From contig JAIELQ010000005.1 in NCBI GenBank assembly GCA_019752815.1, positions 140,816 to 204,815 on the forward strand: DNA of 64,000 bases, given 5' to 3'. This stretch comes from Patescibacteria group bacterium. Lineage in GTDB: Bacteria; Patescibacteriota; Minisyncoccia; Phycocordibacterales; UBA918. The notes below the pieces were generated by a model. It was not told where the DNA came from. It was given only the letters and a program-made list of their open reading frames with translations, and searched no databases. Made by a program: the position numbers and the translations under genes. The first letter of the stretch is position 1, and each line of letters starts with the position of its first letter. Of the stretch, positions 38,894-48,019 are shown in pieces.

Positions 38894-40339
38894 TTAGTAG
38901 GTCTCCAGCCATTTAATAAGTAATCGTACTGGTTCGCCAGTTGAGCCTTTAGCTAGTTTATCGCTCGGGATGCTGTCCATACGTGGCGCGATATCGAGGT
39001 GGGCCCAGGGGACATTTTTTGGCGCAAAGGCATCAAGGAACATTCCGCCCTCGATCGCTCCGCCCCAGCGGGCAAAATTAGTGGCGATGTTACTGATATC
39101 AGCCCGGGCGCTTTTAAGCGGTGATTTGTATTCATCCCAGAGTGGTAGTGGCCACACGAGGTCACCGGATTCTTCACCGAGGGTGCGGAGGGTTGTTTCG
39201 AGATTTAGATCGCGGGTCATAACAGCGCTCGCCTGTTGACCGAGGGCGACTAACGCTGCTCCCGTGAGTGTGGCGACATCAATAATGGCTTTGGGTTTGT
39301 AGCGCTCACTGTATGTCAGTGCGTCAGCGAGCACGAGGCGGCCCTCGGCATCAGTGTGGAGGATTTCCACCGTGGTACCGTTCATTGCCGTCACTATGTC
39401 TCCGGCGCGCATACTGCGGCTACTAATCGCGTTTTCAGCTGCTGGAATAAGTGCTACGATGTTTTTCTTCAGTCCCAGTTTACTCGCTGCGACTATTGCT
39501 GCCATTACACTACTCCCGCCTGACATGTCCATGTGCATATCGTGCATTGAGCCTGACGGTTTAACATTGAGTCCCCCAGTATCGTAGGTAATACCTTTGC
39601 CAATTAAAACCAATGGCTTGTTTTCGTCACTTACTTTTCCATTTTCCATCTTCAATTTTCCATTTCCCTTCCCCCAATATTCCATCACGATAAATTGTGG
39701 TTCATTGTGTGAACCTTTCCCTACTGCCTCCACTAAATTCATTTTTAGTTTTTTAATTTCTGTAAGGCCGAGAATTTTAACCGTTACTTTTGTGCCAGTT
39801 GCTAGTTTCTTGGCAGCGGCAGCGAGGGCTTTGGGTGTTAGATCATCGCCATGGGTGTTGGCGATATCACGGGCACTATTGGTGTAGTGCGCAACCACAC
39901 AACCGCGCGCAAATCCTGCTTTTGCACCTGCAGAATTCTGATTCAGAATCACGATTTCCTTGAGTGTATGTTTTTCATCTTTTTTTGATTTGTAGACAGT
40001 GTAGTCGTAGGCGGCGAGTGCGAGGTTCTCAGCAATAGTTGAGGTGAACCACGCTTCGTCGTATTGCTGTAGTTTTGGAAAATCGGTGTAGTTTAGTGCA
40101 ATGCTCGCAAATTCTACCTTGTGAGATTTTAAGGACTGCACAAGACTGCGTACTAGCGTACGAAATGTTCGAGGTGTGACCTCGCTCCACTTCCCTGCTC
40201 CTTGGCGGTATTCGGTGTGACCATCTGCTGTTTCTACAAAGCGGTGGTGACCGAGGGATTCTTCTGTAACAACAATCCGCGTATATTTTGTATCAAGTGT
40301 GGCAACGTCTTTGGCAGACAGGGTAATTTTAGTAGACAT
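38894..40339 (-). CDS. pepA: Leucyl aminopeptidase (peptidase M17)
   Basis: NTDAEGRLVLADAL signature; Zn-ligand region. Confidence 0.9.
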   Translation of the reverse strand: MSTKITLSAKDVATLDTKYTRIVVTEESLGHHRFVETADGHTEYRQGAGKWSEVTPRTFRTLVRSLVQSLKSHKVEFASIALNYTDFPKLQQYDEAWFTSTIAENLALAAYDYTVYKSKKDEKHTLKEIVILNQNSAGAKAGFARGCVVAHYTNSARDIANTHGDDLTPKALAAAAKKLATGTKVTVKILGLTEIKKLKMNLVEAVGKGSHNEPQFIVMEYWGKGNGKLKMENGKVSDENKPLVLIGKGITYDTGGLNVKPSGSMHDMHMDMSGGSSVMAAIVAASKLGLKKNIVALIPAAENAISSRSMRAGDIVTAMNGTTVEILHTDAEGRLVLADALTYSERYKPKAIIDVATLTGAALVALGQQASAVMTRDLNLETTLRTLGEESGDLVWPLPLWDEYKSPLKSARADISNIATNFARWGGAIEGGMFLDAFAPKNVPWAHLDIAPRMDSIPSDKLAKGSTGEPVRLLIKWLETY

Positions 40340-40436
40340 GGTTGTAATTATAGCAGAACAAATCTACTGAAGATTGTTATAGACAAAATTAAATATGTAA
40401 TGTACAGTAAATTAAGATCTAGAGAAAGGAACTGTC

Positions 40437-40700
40437 ATGATTAAGCATTTCGTGAGATTGGTGCACGCTACAACAAGTCAGGTTCTATATAAGCTGATTA
40501 CCTTACCTATGACTCCCCGAGAAAATGATTCTATTGAATTTGAAGTTCTCGGTATCGTAGTGAAACGCAAGGTCAAATACGCTGGGTTTAAAGATAAAAG
40601 CCCCAACATATGCCTAGTTGTCGAAAATGATGTTGTGTCGGATAAGCAGTTTGAGAGCTTGAAAAATGACCCCGACAATCTTTTTGGTTCTGATCCATGA
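40437..40700 (+). CDS. Small hypothetical protein (87 aa)
   Basis: Good RBS (AGAAAGGAA, 7 nt before ATG); no recognisable motif. Confidence 0.4.
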   Translation: MIKHFVRLVHATTSQVLYKLITLPMTPRENDSIEFEVLGIVVKRKVKYAGFKDKSPNICLVVENDVVSDKQFESLKNDPDNLFGSDP

Positions 40701-40751
40701 TTAACAACGCTCCTGAAGCCGTCCAACTAGGGCGGTTTCTTTTTGTAATAT

Positions 40752-40779
40752 AAAATCCCTCAGCTAGCTGAGGGATTTT
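40752..40779. terminator. Bidirectional terminator after aspS and the small + ORF
   Basis: AAAATCCCTCAGC-TA-GCTGAGGGATTTT perfect palindrome. Confidence 0.7.
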
Positions 40780-40791
40780 GCAATATCAATA

Positions 40792-42141
40792 CTAAGATTC
40801 TTTTTCGGCTCCTGAGAGAAGCATGTCAATTCTGTTCATATCCCGCGGGAACATAGTGGCCTCACGAATATTTTTGAGACCCAGAATTTGCATCGTCATA
40901 CGTTCGGCACCAAAGGCGAATCCACCTTCTGGAGGGACGCCATATTTGAAGGCCTCCAAGAACATCGTGATTGCGTTCGGGTCCATGCCCCATGTTTTGA
41001 CGTGTTCACATAGTTGATTGTAGTCATTGATGCGTCGACCTCCAGAGAGCCATTCAATCCCTCGACATAATAAGTCCATACCTTCATTGAATTCAGGTTT
41101 TTCTGGATTTGGAAATACATAAAATGGTTTTTGACGTGTTGGGTAGCCATATACGTACACAAAATCAGAATCAGTTTCCTTTTTAACGATGTCGCACAGC
41201 GTCCGTTCGTCTTCAGGATTAAGATCTTTTTCACCACGAACATCACGGCCTGTTTTTTCAAAAATCAATTCTTGAGCTTCAGTGAGTGAATATGTTGGTG
41301 TATTTTCAAGAAGTTTTGGTAGTGTGGCATTGAGAAGCTGTAACTCCGATGAACATTTGCGTTCAACTTCAGACAAAATATATCGAACCGTTTTTTCTGA
41401 CATATCTCGAACATCTTTCCAGGAGTCAATAAATCCCATTTCTGCATCCAGAGAAACGATTTCTGTGATGTGACGCGTGGTTGCGCTCGGTTCAGCCCGG
41501 AATACTTTGTTAACAGAGAATACGCGTTCAAACGCAGTCATTACAATTTGTTTGTAGAGTTGCGGTGATTGAGTGAGGTAGGCTTTTTTATCAAAGTAAT
41601 TAACTTGAAATACCTCAGCTCCACCTTCTGCCGTTGCTGGTGTAATACTTGGTGCTTGGAATTCGAAAAATTCCTCACGTTTCATAAATTCACGGAATGA
41701 ATCAATGATGACACTTTGCACCTTGAATATAGCCTGGAGTCTCGGGTGGCGTAGCGTGAGCGCTCGGTGATCTAGTTCTGTTGTAAGGTCTAGATTGTAT
41801 CCATCAAGCGACATATCAAATGGAAGTGACTCGGCTTGTGCGAGTACAACAATTTTTGTTATTTCGAGTTCAATGGTTCCGTTTTCAGCATTTGGGTTTA
41901 CCATTTTTTCTGGTCGAGCATGCACAATACCATGCACTTCAACCACCCATTCTTGCTTAAGTTGTTGTGCTACTTCTAATACTTCAGGTTTCCCAAAAAC
42001 AACTCCTTGAATTTTTCCTGAACGGTCTCTGAAATCAAAGAAAGCCATTTTTCCTTGAATTCGTGCCACATCTACCCAACCTTTAATGGCTACTTCTTTT
42101 TCAAGATTTTGCTTCAGGTCTCGAATTAGTGTTCGTTCCAT
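40792..42141 (-). CDS. aspS: Aspartate--tRNA ligase, type 2 (archaeal/eukaryal-like class IIb; probably non-discriminating)
   Basis: ATAEGGAEVF, YLTQSPQLYKQ, FRAEPSATTRHITE, KYGVPPEGGFAFGAERM, NIREATMFPRD all follow the archaeal-type AspRS pattern (compare FRAEEHNTTRHLNE and PPHGGFGLGAERL). Confidence 0.85.
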   Translation of the reverse strand: MERTLIRDLKQNLEKEVAIKGWVDVARIQGKMAFFDFRDRSGKIQGVVFGKPEVLEVAQQLKQEWVVEVHGIVHARPEKMVNPNAENGTIELEITKIVVLAQAESLPFDMSLDGYNLDLTTELDHRALTLRHPRLQAIFKVQSVIIDSFREFMKREEFFEFQAPSITPATAEGGAEVFQVNYFDKKAYLTQSPQLYKQIVMTAFERVFSVNKVFRAEPSATTRHITEIVSLDAEMGFIDSWKDVRDMSEKTVRYILSEVERKCSSELQLLNATLPKLLENTPTYSLTEAQELIFEKTGRDVRGEKDLNPEDERTLCDIVKKETDSDFVYVYGYPTRQKPFYVFPNPEKPEFNEGMDLLCRGIEWLSGGRRINDYNQLCEHVKTWGMDPNAITMFLEAFKYGVPPEGGFAFGAERMTMQILGLKNIREATMFPRDMNRIDMLLSGAEKES

Positions 42142-42154
42142 ATTTATAAATTAA

Positions 42155-42425
42155 TTTAATTTGAGTTGGAGAAACAAAAAATCGCCTCTCCACAAATATT
42201 ATTACTAATACATGTGCAGGGGCGATCCAAAAATATTTGCTCGCGGTGCCACCCTACTTCCCTGCGGCGTATGCGCAATCAGGGCCCTCTTAGATACGCA
42301 ATAACGGGCGTTCCCGGAGACGGTTGTCTCAGGCCTCGGCAGGTGTCAGCTGCGTCGTTGGTTAAATACAGTATGCCAGTAACTAGATAGTTGTCAATTA
42401 TGTTTCGAAGCGATTACATTTGTCA
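42155..42425 (-). promoter_or_regulatory. T-box riboswitch leader controlling aspS
   Basis: On the minus strand: T-box motif AGGGTGGCACCGCG (revcomp of 42242-42255), then a terminator hairpin ATCGCCCCTGCAC...GTGGAGAGGCGAT + TTTTTTG (42161-42218) immediately before the aspS ATG. A GAC-A triplet in the upstream stem region (CUGACAC) could be an Asp specifier. Confidence 0.75.
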
Positions 42426-42435
42426 CTTCTTATTA

Positions 42436-43386
42436 TTAAATTGTAATACCTATTACATCCCGCACTCGACCCAGCATGTCATTTGAAACTAGTTTGGCTT
42501 TCCGTGCCCCTTCCGCTAATACCCCTTTTACATCGTCATCACTAATTGCAGCCCGTTTAGCGCGCATTGGTTCGATAAATGCATCAATATCTTCGATTAG
42601 CGCCTCTTTGAGATTTTTGTACTTTCCGGCATTTTCAGTGTAGAGAGTTTCTAGTTCGGCTTCGGTTCGGAATAGTTTGTGAATGGCGTAGACATTTTCT
42701 GGCCGGTCGCCGGTACTGTCGGTCACGATACTCATCACCGCCTTTTGGATATCTTCGCGACTGCCAAATAGTGGAATGGTGTTTTTGTAGCTTTTACTCA
42801 TTTTGGCACCATCGGTTCCAGGCACTACACCCACTGCTTCGAGAATGAGTTCTTTTGGTTCTTTTAATACCTCACCATAAGCGTTATTGAATTTGGCGAC
42901 TGCCTCTCGGGTATATTCCAGGTGTTGTCGTTGGTCTTCCCCTACTGGTACCAAATCAGTCCCATAGAGCAAAATATCCGCTGCCATGAGCATTGGGTAC
43001 GTAAATAGTCCGGCGTTCGCTTCGAGGCCTTTGGCCACTTTGTCCTTGTATGAGTGAGCTAACATCAAAAATGGTACGGTCACCATACAGTTGAGGACCC
43101 AACCCATTTCGGTGTGGTCTGGATTATCTGATTGGCGGAATAATGTTACTTGTTCAGGGTCTACGCCAACGGCTAGGTAATCACGAACGGTGTTGTAGAT
43201 ACTTGCCTTAAGAGCTTCTCTATCTCGCACCGATGTCAGCGCGTGGTAGTCAGCCACCATGAGGTAAAAGTTGGCGGAATCTTTTTTATCGTTGTACAAA
43301 TCCAAAAATGGCTTCATCGCGCCAAAATAGTTTCCGATATGCAGGTCTCCCGATGACTGTAGTCCCGTTAATATAGTTTGTTTCAT
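42436..43386 (-). CDS. trpS: Tryptophan--tRNA ligase
   Basis: TGLQSSGDLHIGNYFGA (HIGH), and KMSKSY. Confidence 0.92.
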   Translation of the reverse strand: MKQTILTGLQSSGDLHIGNYFGAMKPFLDLYNDKKDSANFYLMVADYHALTSVRDREALKASIYNTVRDYLAVGVDPEQVTLFRQSDNPDHTEMGWVLNCMVTVPFLMLAHSYKDKVAKGLEANAGLFTYPMLMAADILLYGTDLVPVGEDQRQHLEYTREAVAKFNNAYGEVLKEPKELILEAVGVVPGTDGAKMSKSYKNTIPLFGSREDIQKAVMSIVTDSTGDRPENVYAIHKLFRTEAELETLYTENAGKYKNLKEALIEDIDAFIEPMRAKRAAISDDDVKGVLAEGARKAKLVSNDMLGRVRDVIGITI

Positions 43387-43407
43387 AGGTTGTGTAATAG
43401 TAACAAA

Positions 43408-43830
43408 TTACCGAGCATTTCCAAAATACTCTCTCATTTTAGTGCAGGCGGCGATAACTTCAGCTAAAAGTTCGTCTGTCACCTCTAAATTCTGGGCATG
43501 TTCCATAATTGGTCTTACTGATTGAATTTTGCGACCAAATGGTTCCATCCATTCATGTCGTGGAAACATCCAGAGATGAAAACCATGCTGAGTATCTTCA
43601 TTTTGGAATAAGTAGACGTCATTAATGCTGAGCACTTCAGACATCGCTTTACGAACTTTGGTAATTATTTGTCCAAATTCCATTGCCTCAGCCTCGGTAA
43701 ATTCACCTACTGAACGAGTAGTTCTTTTGGTGGATAGGATAAAGAAACCGACAATAGGCACTTCCCAATCTTGCGCTACAATAAAATTTTTGTTCTCAAG
43801 GATAACTTCGTTGGGAAATAAAATCTTCAT
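43408..43830 (-). CDS. HIT-like (histidine triad-related) protein with a degenerate triad
   Basis: HIT-like fold. The triad position reads TQHGFHLWMFPRH (H-x-x-H-x-W instead of HxHxHxx). Confidence 0.45.
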   Translation of the reverse strand: MKILFPNEVILENKNFIVAQDWEVPIVGFFILSTKRTTRSVGEFTEAEAMEFGQIITKVRKAMSEVLSINDVYLFQNEDTQHGFHLWMFPRHEWMEPFGRKIQSVRPIMEHAQNLEVTDELLAEVIAACTKMREYFGNAR

Positions 43831-43836
43831 GATGGA

Positions 43837-45513
43837 TTAACTCACCAGTGGCAGTGTGAGTACAAACGTTGAGCCACGTTGCTCACCTGCTGAACTACAG
43901 GTAATGTCACCACCCATCGCGCGGGCCATTTCTCGGGCCACAAATAGTCCCAATCCGGTGCCGTTAATGTTTACACTGTTAGCATTTTTAGCCCGACTGA
44001 ATTTCTGGAAGAGGTCATTAATAGTTTCAGGACTCATACCAATACCAGTATCAATAACATTTACAAATAACTGCTTGCGCCCAATATCATCGTACACAAA
44101 TACAGTGATACTTCCCTTTTGGGTGTACTTAAGTGAATTGTTGATGAGGTTATGGAGTATCTGTTGGGTTTTTGAAATATCAGCGTGCACAATACCTTGT
44201 CCCCGCATATCGGACTTAAAGAGTAACAGTAGTCCCGATCGGGTGGCTTCAGGACGCAAGTCGTCAACGATATGTTCGGCTTGCTCCCGGAGATTAAAAT
44301 CAGTATATGTGTACTTCATATTGCCAGATTCGATACGTGAGACATTAAGGAAGTCTTCAATCGAAAACGCCATCAATTTGGCTGATTCATGAATCCGTCC
44401 CAACACCTCGGTCATTTTTTCTGGTGCAGGCCCATAGTTGCCATCAAGAATCATTGACGTATAGCCACGAATAGCCGTCAGTGGACTCCGGAGTTGGTGC
44501 GAAGCAATCGACACAAATTCTGATTTTTGTTGGTCCACAATCCGTAATCGTTCGTTGGTTGATTCCAGATTAGTCGCGAGTTTCTCAATTTCTTCACGTT
44601 GGGTCACTTCACTGCGGACACTTTTGATTAAGAGTGTGCCGAGTACCGAGAAGAACAAAATAGTTCCCACTGCAATAATCTGCGCATTTTCAATTGACCG
44701 CACCAAGAGTAGTGAACACAACAAAATCAACTGTCCGGCCATCAAGGCCTCGGTCGCAAGGAGCTTAATTTTAAATGTTTGATACCGTACGAGGATGTAC
44801 CCCAAAAATGCTACAAATATTGGCATCCCAAATAAACCAATCTGTCCCGATTCCCAGTCACCGTAGAAGCTTCCGATGATGTTGCCAATTGAGAATGAGA
44901 GTAAAAATAACAAGATGCCTGCGGCAACAAGAATGGTCTCACGACGTTCCCGGCGCTTGAGTCTCACTTCTGCAATCGTGAGTAACAAGATTAATCCTAC
45001 AAATAAAAATTCAAAACCGTACACGTAGTACTGCCACAAAGGTCCTTCGGTGGCGTAACGTAAACAGTTGGTAAAATCAAAGTTTACTAGATTTAGTTTG
45101 GTGTGTCCGAATAAAATCAGAGGTAAGAACATTACAAAGATACCCAACTCAACTTTAAATGGTGGAAAAGATTTATTAAAGAAGGCGTATATGAAATAGA
45201 ATGCTCCGACGTACATCAAAAGCTCAAAGTATATTAGCGTGGACCAGACAAACATAATCACGTCCGATCGTTCTGAGGCCCAGATAATGAGGTCAAGGAA
45301 ACACCAAATAGCGAACATCACGGTGGTAAACAGGAGTGCCTGAGCTGCTTTATTGCGCACGTTGGCACGTAATACAAAAATTGCAATAATTAATCCCGAT
45401 ATAGATGGTAAAAAGTGTGCGTAGTACTGGAAACTCCCAATCAGGTTTTCTGACAGAATTAAGTAGGTGGCAGTACCCCAGGAACAAATTGTGGGATCAA
45501 CGATGTTTAGCAT
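43837..45513 (-). CDS. Sensor histidine kinase with a multi-TM N-terminal sensor domain (HK-1)
   Basis: About 7 N-terminal TM helices, a coiled coil, H-box FVSIASHQLRSPLTAIRGYTSMILDG, and HATPase N/G boxes (LINNSLKYT..., IDTGIGM, GTGLGLFVAREM). Confidence 0.85.
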   Translation of the reverse strand: MLNIVDPTICSWGTATYLILSENLIGSFQYYAHFLPSISGLIIAIFVLRANVRNKAAQALLFTTVMFAIWCFLDLIIWASERSDVIMFVWSTLIYFELLMYVGAFYFIYAFFNKSFPPFKVELGIFVMFLPLILFGHTKLNLVNFDFTNCLRYATEGPLWQYYVYGFEFLFVGLILLLTIAEVRLKRRERRETILVAAGILLFLLSFSIGNIIGSFYGDWESGQIGLFGMPIFVAFLGYILVRYQTFKIKLLATEALMAGQLILLCSLLLVRSIENAQIIAVGTILFFSVLGTLLIKSVRSEVTQREEIEKLATNLESTNERLRIVDQQKSEFVSIASHQLRSPLTAIRGYTSMILDGNYGPAPEKMTEVLGRIHESAKLMAFSIEDFLNVSRIESGNMKYTYTDFNLREQAEHIVDDLRPEATRSGLLLLFKSDMRGQGIVHADISKTQQILHNLINNSLKYTQKGSITVFVYDDIGRKQLFVNVIDTGIGMSPETINDLFQKFSRAKNANSVNINGTGLGLFVAREMARAMGGDITCSSAGEQRGSTFVLTLPLVS

Positions 45514-45527
45514 GTAGTAGTAATAAA

Positions 45528-45677
45528 TTAATTAGGATTTTTTTCAGGCCCAGACGGATTGGTCATAACATCGTAGTCTTTTTCTACAATATAGACGAAA
45601 TACATCAAACAAATTGAAATGGTGATGCAAAATGCCAGTATGATGCGCATGATGGTGGCTTTGGTGCTGTCGTGCAT
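45528..45677 (-). CDS. Small single-TM peptide (49 aa) immediately upstream of HK-1
   Basis: MHDSTKATIMRIILAFCITISICLMYFVYIVEKDYDVMTNPSGPEKNPN. Shares the motif Y-x-x-I-(I)-VEK-(N/D)-(F/Y) with the small ORF upstream of HK-2. Below the 60-aa ORF-track cut-off. Confidence 0.3.
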   Translation of the reverse strand: MHDSTKATIMRIILAFCITISICLMYFVYIVEKDYDVMTNPSGPEKNPN

Positions 45678-45692
45678 AGAATGAAATAAGTT

Positions 45693-47354
45693 TTAAATAA
45701 GTGGCAGTGTAATCGTAAAGGTGGAACCGAGACCTTCCCCATCTGACGTTACCGTAATATCGCCACCCATCGCGCGAGCCATTTCTCGGGCGACAAATAA
45801 TCCTAATCCGGTACCCATGATGTTCGCTGAACTGGCCACTTTGGCGCGAGCAAATTTACCAAACAGTTTTTGCAGACTTTCTGGACTTAGTCCGAGGCCG
45901 GTATCGATGATATCGACATACATCTTTTTGGTTTTAACATCGTCGTGGGCATAGACTGTAACACTTCCTTTCGGCGTATACTTCAACGCATTGTTGATAA
46001 GATTATGCAGTATCTGTTGTGTCTTCCCCGCGTCCGCATGAACCATTCCGGTGCCAGTCATATCAGATCGGAACATAAGCAACAGTCCACGACGCACCGC
46101 GTCTGCCCGCAGGTCATCAACTACATGCTCGGCCTGTTCCTTGAAATTCATATCCTTGTAGTCGTACTTCATGTTACCTGATTCAATCCGAGACACCTCC
46201 AAAAAGTCATCAATCGACGATGCCATAAACACTGTTGATTCAGCAATTCGCCCCAGTGCCTCGTTAGCTTTATCCGGCAACTTCCCAAAACTCCCCTCCG
46301 TCATCATCGACACATATCCCCGAATAGCTGTAAGCGGACTACGTAATTGATGTGAAGCAATCGAAACAAACTCCGATTTTTGTTTGTCCAAAATCTGCAA
46401 CCGTTCATTGGCTTTTTCCAGCCCAACAGCCAAGCGTTCAATTTCTGCTTTTTGTTCAAGTTCACGACGCATGACTCTGGAAAGAATTATTCCTAGAAAT
46501 CCAAAAATGATAACAGTAATAAAAATAATTGGGCGTGCGTAACTCATGTCACGAAATAGCAACATTGAAAACATTAGTATCCATAATGCTGAAATAAGTA
46601 TTTCAGTAAATAGAGTTTTTGTGTGAAAGGCACGGTATTTAATTATTGAGTACGATACAAGGCCGGCAAATAATGGCATTCCAAAGAGTTTGTATTGTTC
46701 ATAATAAGGACCAAGGTCAAAGAATAGCGTGAAGTTACCTGCAGTAAAAAATGCTAAAAATATAAACGTAGAAATACCAATGAACAGAAGCTGGCGGCGT
46801 TCGGTTTTCTTTTCTATCCTGCTCAAGCCTTTAATTATAAATAGTACAACTATAAAAAGTAGAAAAACTTCTACAAAGTACATGTATTGAATTACAATCC
46901 CCTCGAATGCCCCTGTGTCACAATCTGGTGACAAGCCAATCACGTTCAAACTTGTATGAGCAAATAATAGAATCGGAACAAGAAGTAGTGAGAAACAAAC
47001 TTTCATCCATGTAGGCATATCAACTTGCCTGTTACTAAAGAGGTATACCAAGTAAACGGCAGAGAGGTACATTAAAAGCTCAACTGGAACAATCAGTGAC
47101 CAGAAAAACACCACCATTTCAGGTGTCGGTGAGGCCCATAAGATTAAGTTAAAGTATACCCATGTCGCAAATAGAACTGTTGTAACAAAGAGAACTCTGT
47201 TCGCAAGCTCTTTTGGATTACTGATAAGGACCTGGAAACCTAAAAACAATGAAATAACAAGTGGTAGTACATGTGTGTAGTAGATAAGCTTACCGACGTT
47301 TTCAGAAAATATGAGTAGGGCTGCGCTCCCCCATTCGCAAGGATTATCTATCAT
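45693..47354 (-). CDS. Sensor histidine kinase, paralog of HK-1 (HK-2)
   Basis: Same architecture; H-box FVSIASHQLRSPLTAIRGYVSMMTEG; N/G boxes LINNALKYT, IDTGLGL, GTGLGLFVAREM. Confidence 0.85.
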   Translation of the reverse strand: MIDNPCEWGSAALLIFSENVGKLIYYTHVLPLVISLFLGFQVLISNPKELANRVLFVTTVLFATWVYFNLILWASPTPEMVVFFWSLIVPVELLMYLSAVYLVYLFSNRQVDMPTWMKVCFSLLLVPILLFAHTSLNVIGLSPDCDTGAFEGIVIQYMYFVEVFLLFIVVLFIIKGLSRIEKKTERRQLLFIGISTFIFLAFFTAGNFTLFFDLGPYYEQYKLFGMPLFAGLVSYSIIKYRAFHTKTLFTEILISALWILMFSMLLFRDMSYARPIIFITVIIFGFLGIILSRVMRRELEQKAEIERLAVGLEKANERLQILDKQKSEFVSIASHQLRSPLTAIRGYVSMMTEGSFGKLPDKANEALGRIAESTVFMASSIDDFLEVSRIESGNMKYDYKDMNFKEQAEHVVDDLRADAVRRGLLLMFRSDMTGTGMVHADAGKTQQILHNLINNALKYTPKGSVTVYAHDDVKTKKMYVDIIDTGLGLSPESLQKLFGKFARAKVASSANIMGTGLGLFVAREMARAMGGDITVTSDGEGLGSTFTITLPLI

Positions 47355-47527
47355 ATATTGTTGTTATGAAAATAGAAGTCTAATGCACTTGGCTCCTCCT
47401 CGTCTGCTGTAAATTGTTTGAAATTCTTTTCAACAATAATATTTACATATGTAGCACCGACAGATAAAAGAATAAAAAAGACAAGAAAAAAATAAAATAT
47501 TAAGCTATTTTTTTCGTGTCGGTTCAT
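47351..47527 (-). CDS. Small single-TM peptide (58 aa) translationally coupled to HK-2 by an ATGA overlap
   Basis: MNRHEKNSLIFYFFLVFFILLSVGATYVNIIVEKNFKQFTADEEEPSALDFYFHNNNI. Its stop TGA overlaps the HK-2 ATG; it starts 4 nt after the SET gene stop. Confidence 0.35.
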   Translation of the reverse strand: MNRHEKNSLIFYFFLVFFILLSVGATYVNIIVEKNFKQFTADEEEPSALDFYFHNNNI

Positions 47528-47531
47528 ATCA

Positions 47532-48014
47532 TTATGTTACAGACAACTTTTTACTCCTCAGTTTCTTGAAAAACGTTGGAATGTATGGAAGGTGGCTCCT
47601 ATACACTTTCTCAGGTAGTCTTTGTATTGAATGAATTTTCTTTCTGCATGAATGAGTTTTGCAGGCGCAAGACATTTCCCAGAGCAAATCACCGTCACTC
47701 ATCGAATAGTCAAAAGTTAGCTCTGTGTCTGGAGCGATACTCTTTAATGCAATGACTTTTTTTCTACCAACAATAGCAGTATTAGGTTCACAGCTATGGT
47801 TAAAATACCTCCAGATCGTATTTTTAGGATCTAGCCAAATAGTATCTGTAATTCCATACCATAAAGGGATACTCGAAGCTTCCTTGGCTGTTTGGGTTTT
47901 CTTCCTGACTAACTCACCTTCTAGGAAAGCGATGTGTTCCCCTTTCTTAATTTTCTCTGAAGAAAATATCCCCTTTCCCTCAATCCTACTTTTTCCGACA
48001 TACAGCTTTTTCAT
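47532..48014 (-). CDS. SET domain protein (putative protein-lysine methyltransferase) with a Cys-rich post-SET region
   Basis: GKGIFSSEKIKKGEHIAFLEGEL (N-SET/GxG), NHSCEPN (the canonical SET NHSCxPN pseudoknot motif), ELTFDY, and post-SET CACKTHSCRKK. Confidence 0.8.
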   Translation of the reverse strand: MKKLYVGKSRIEGKGIFSSEKIKKGEHIAFLEGELVRKKTQTAKEASSIPLWYGITDTIWLDPKNTIWRYFNHSCEPNTAIVGRKKVIALKSIAPDTELTFDYSMSDGDLLWEMSCACKTHSCRKKIHSIQRLPEKVYRSHLPYIPTFFKKLRSKKLSVT

Positions 48015-48019
48015 GGTTC

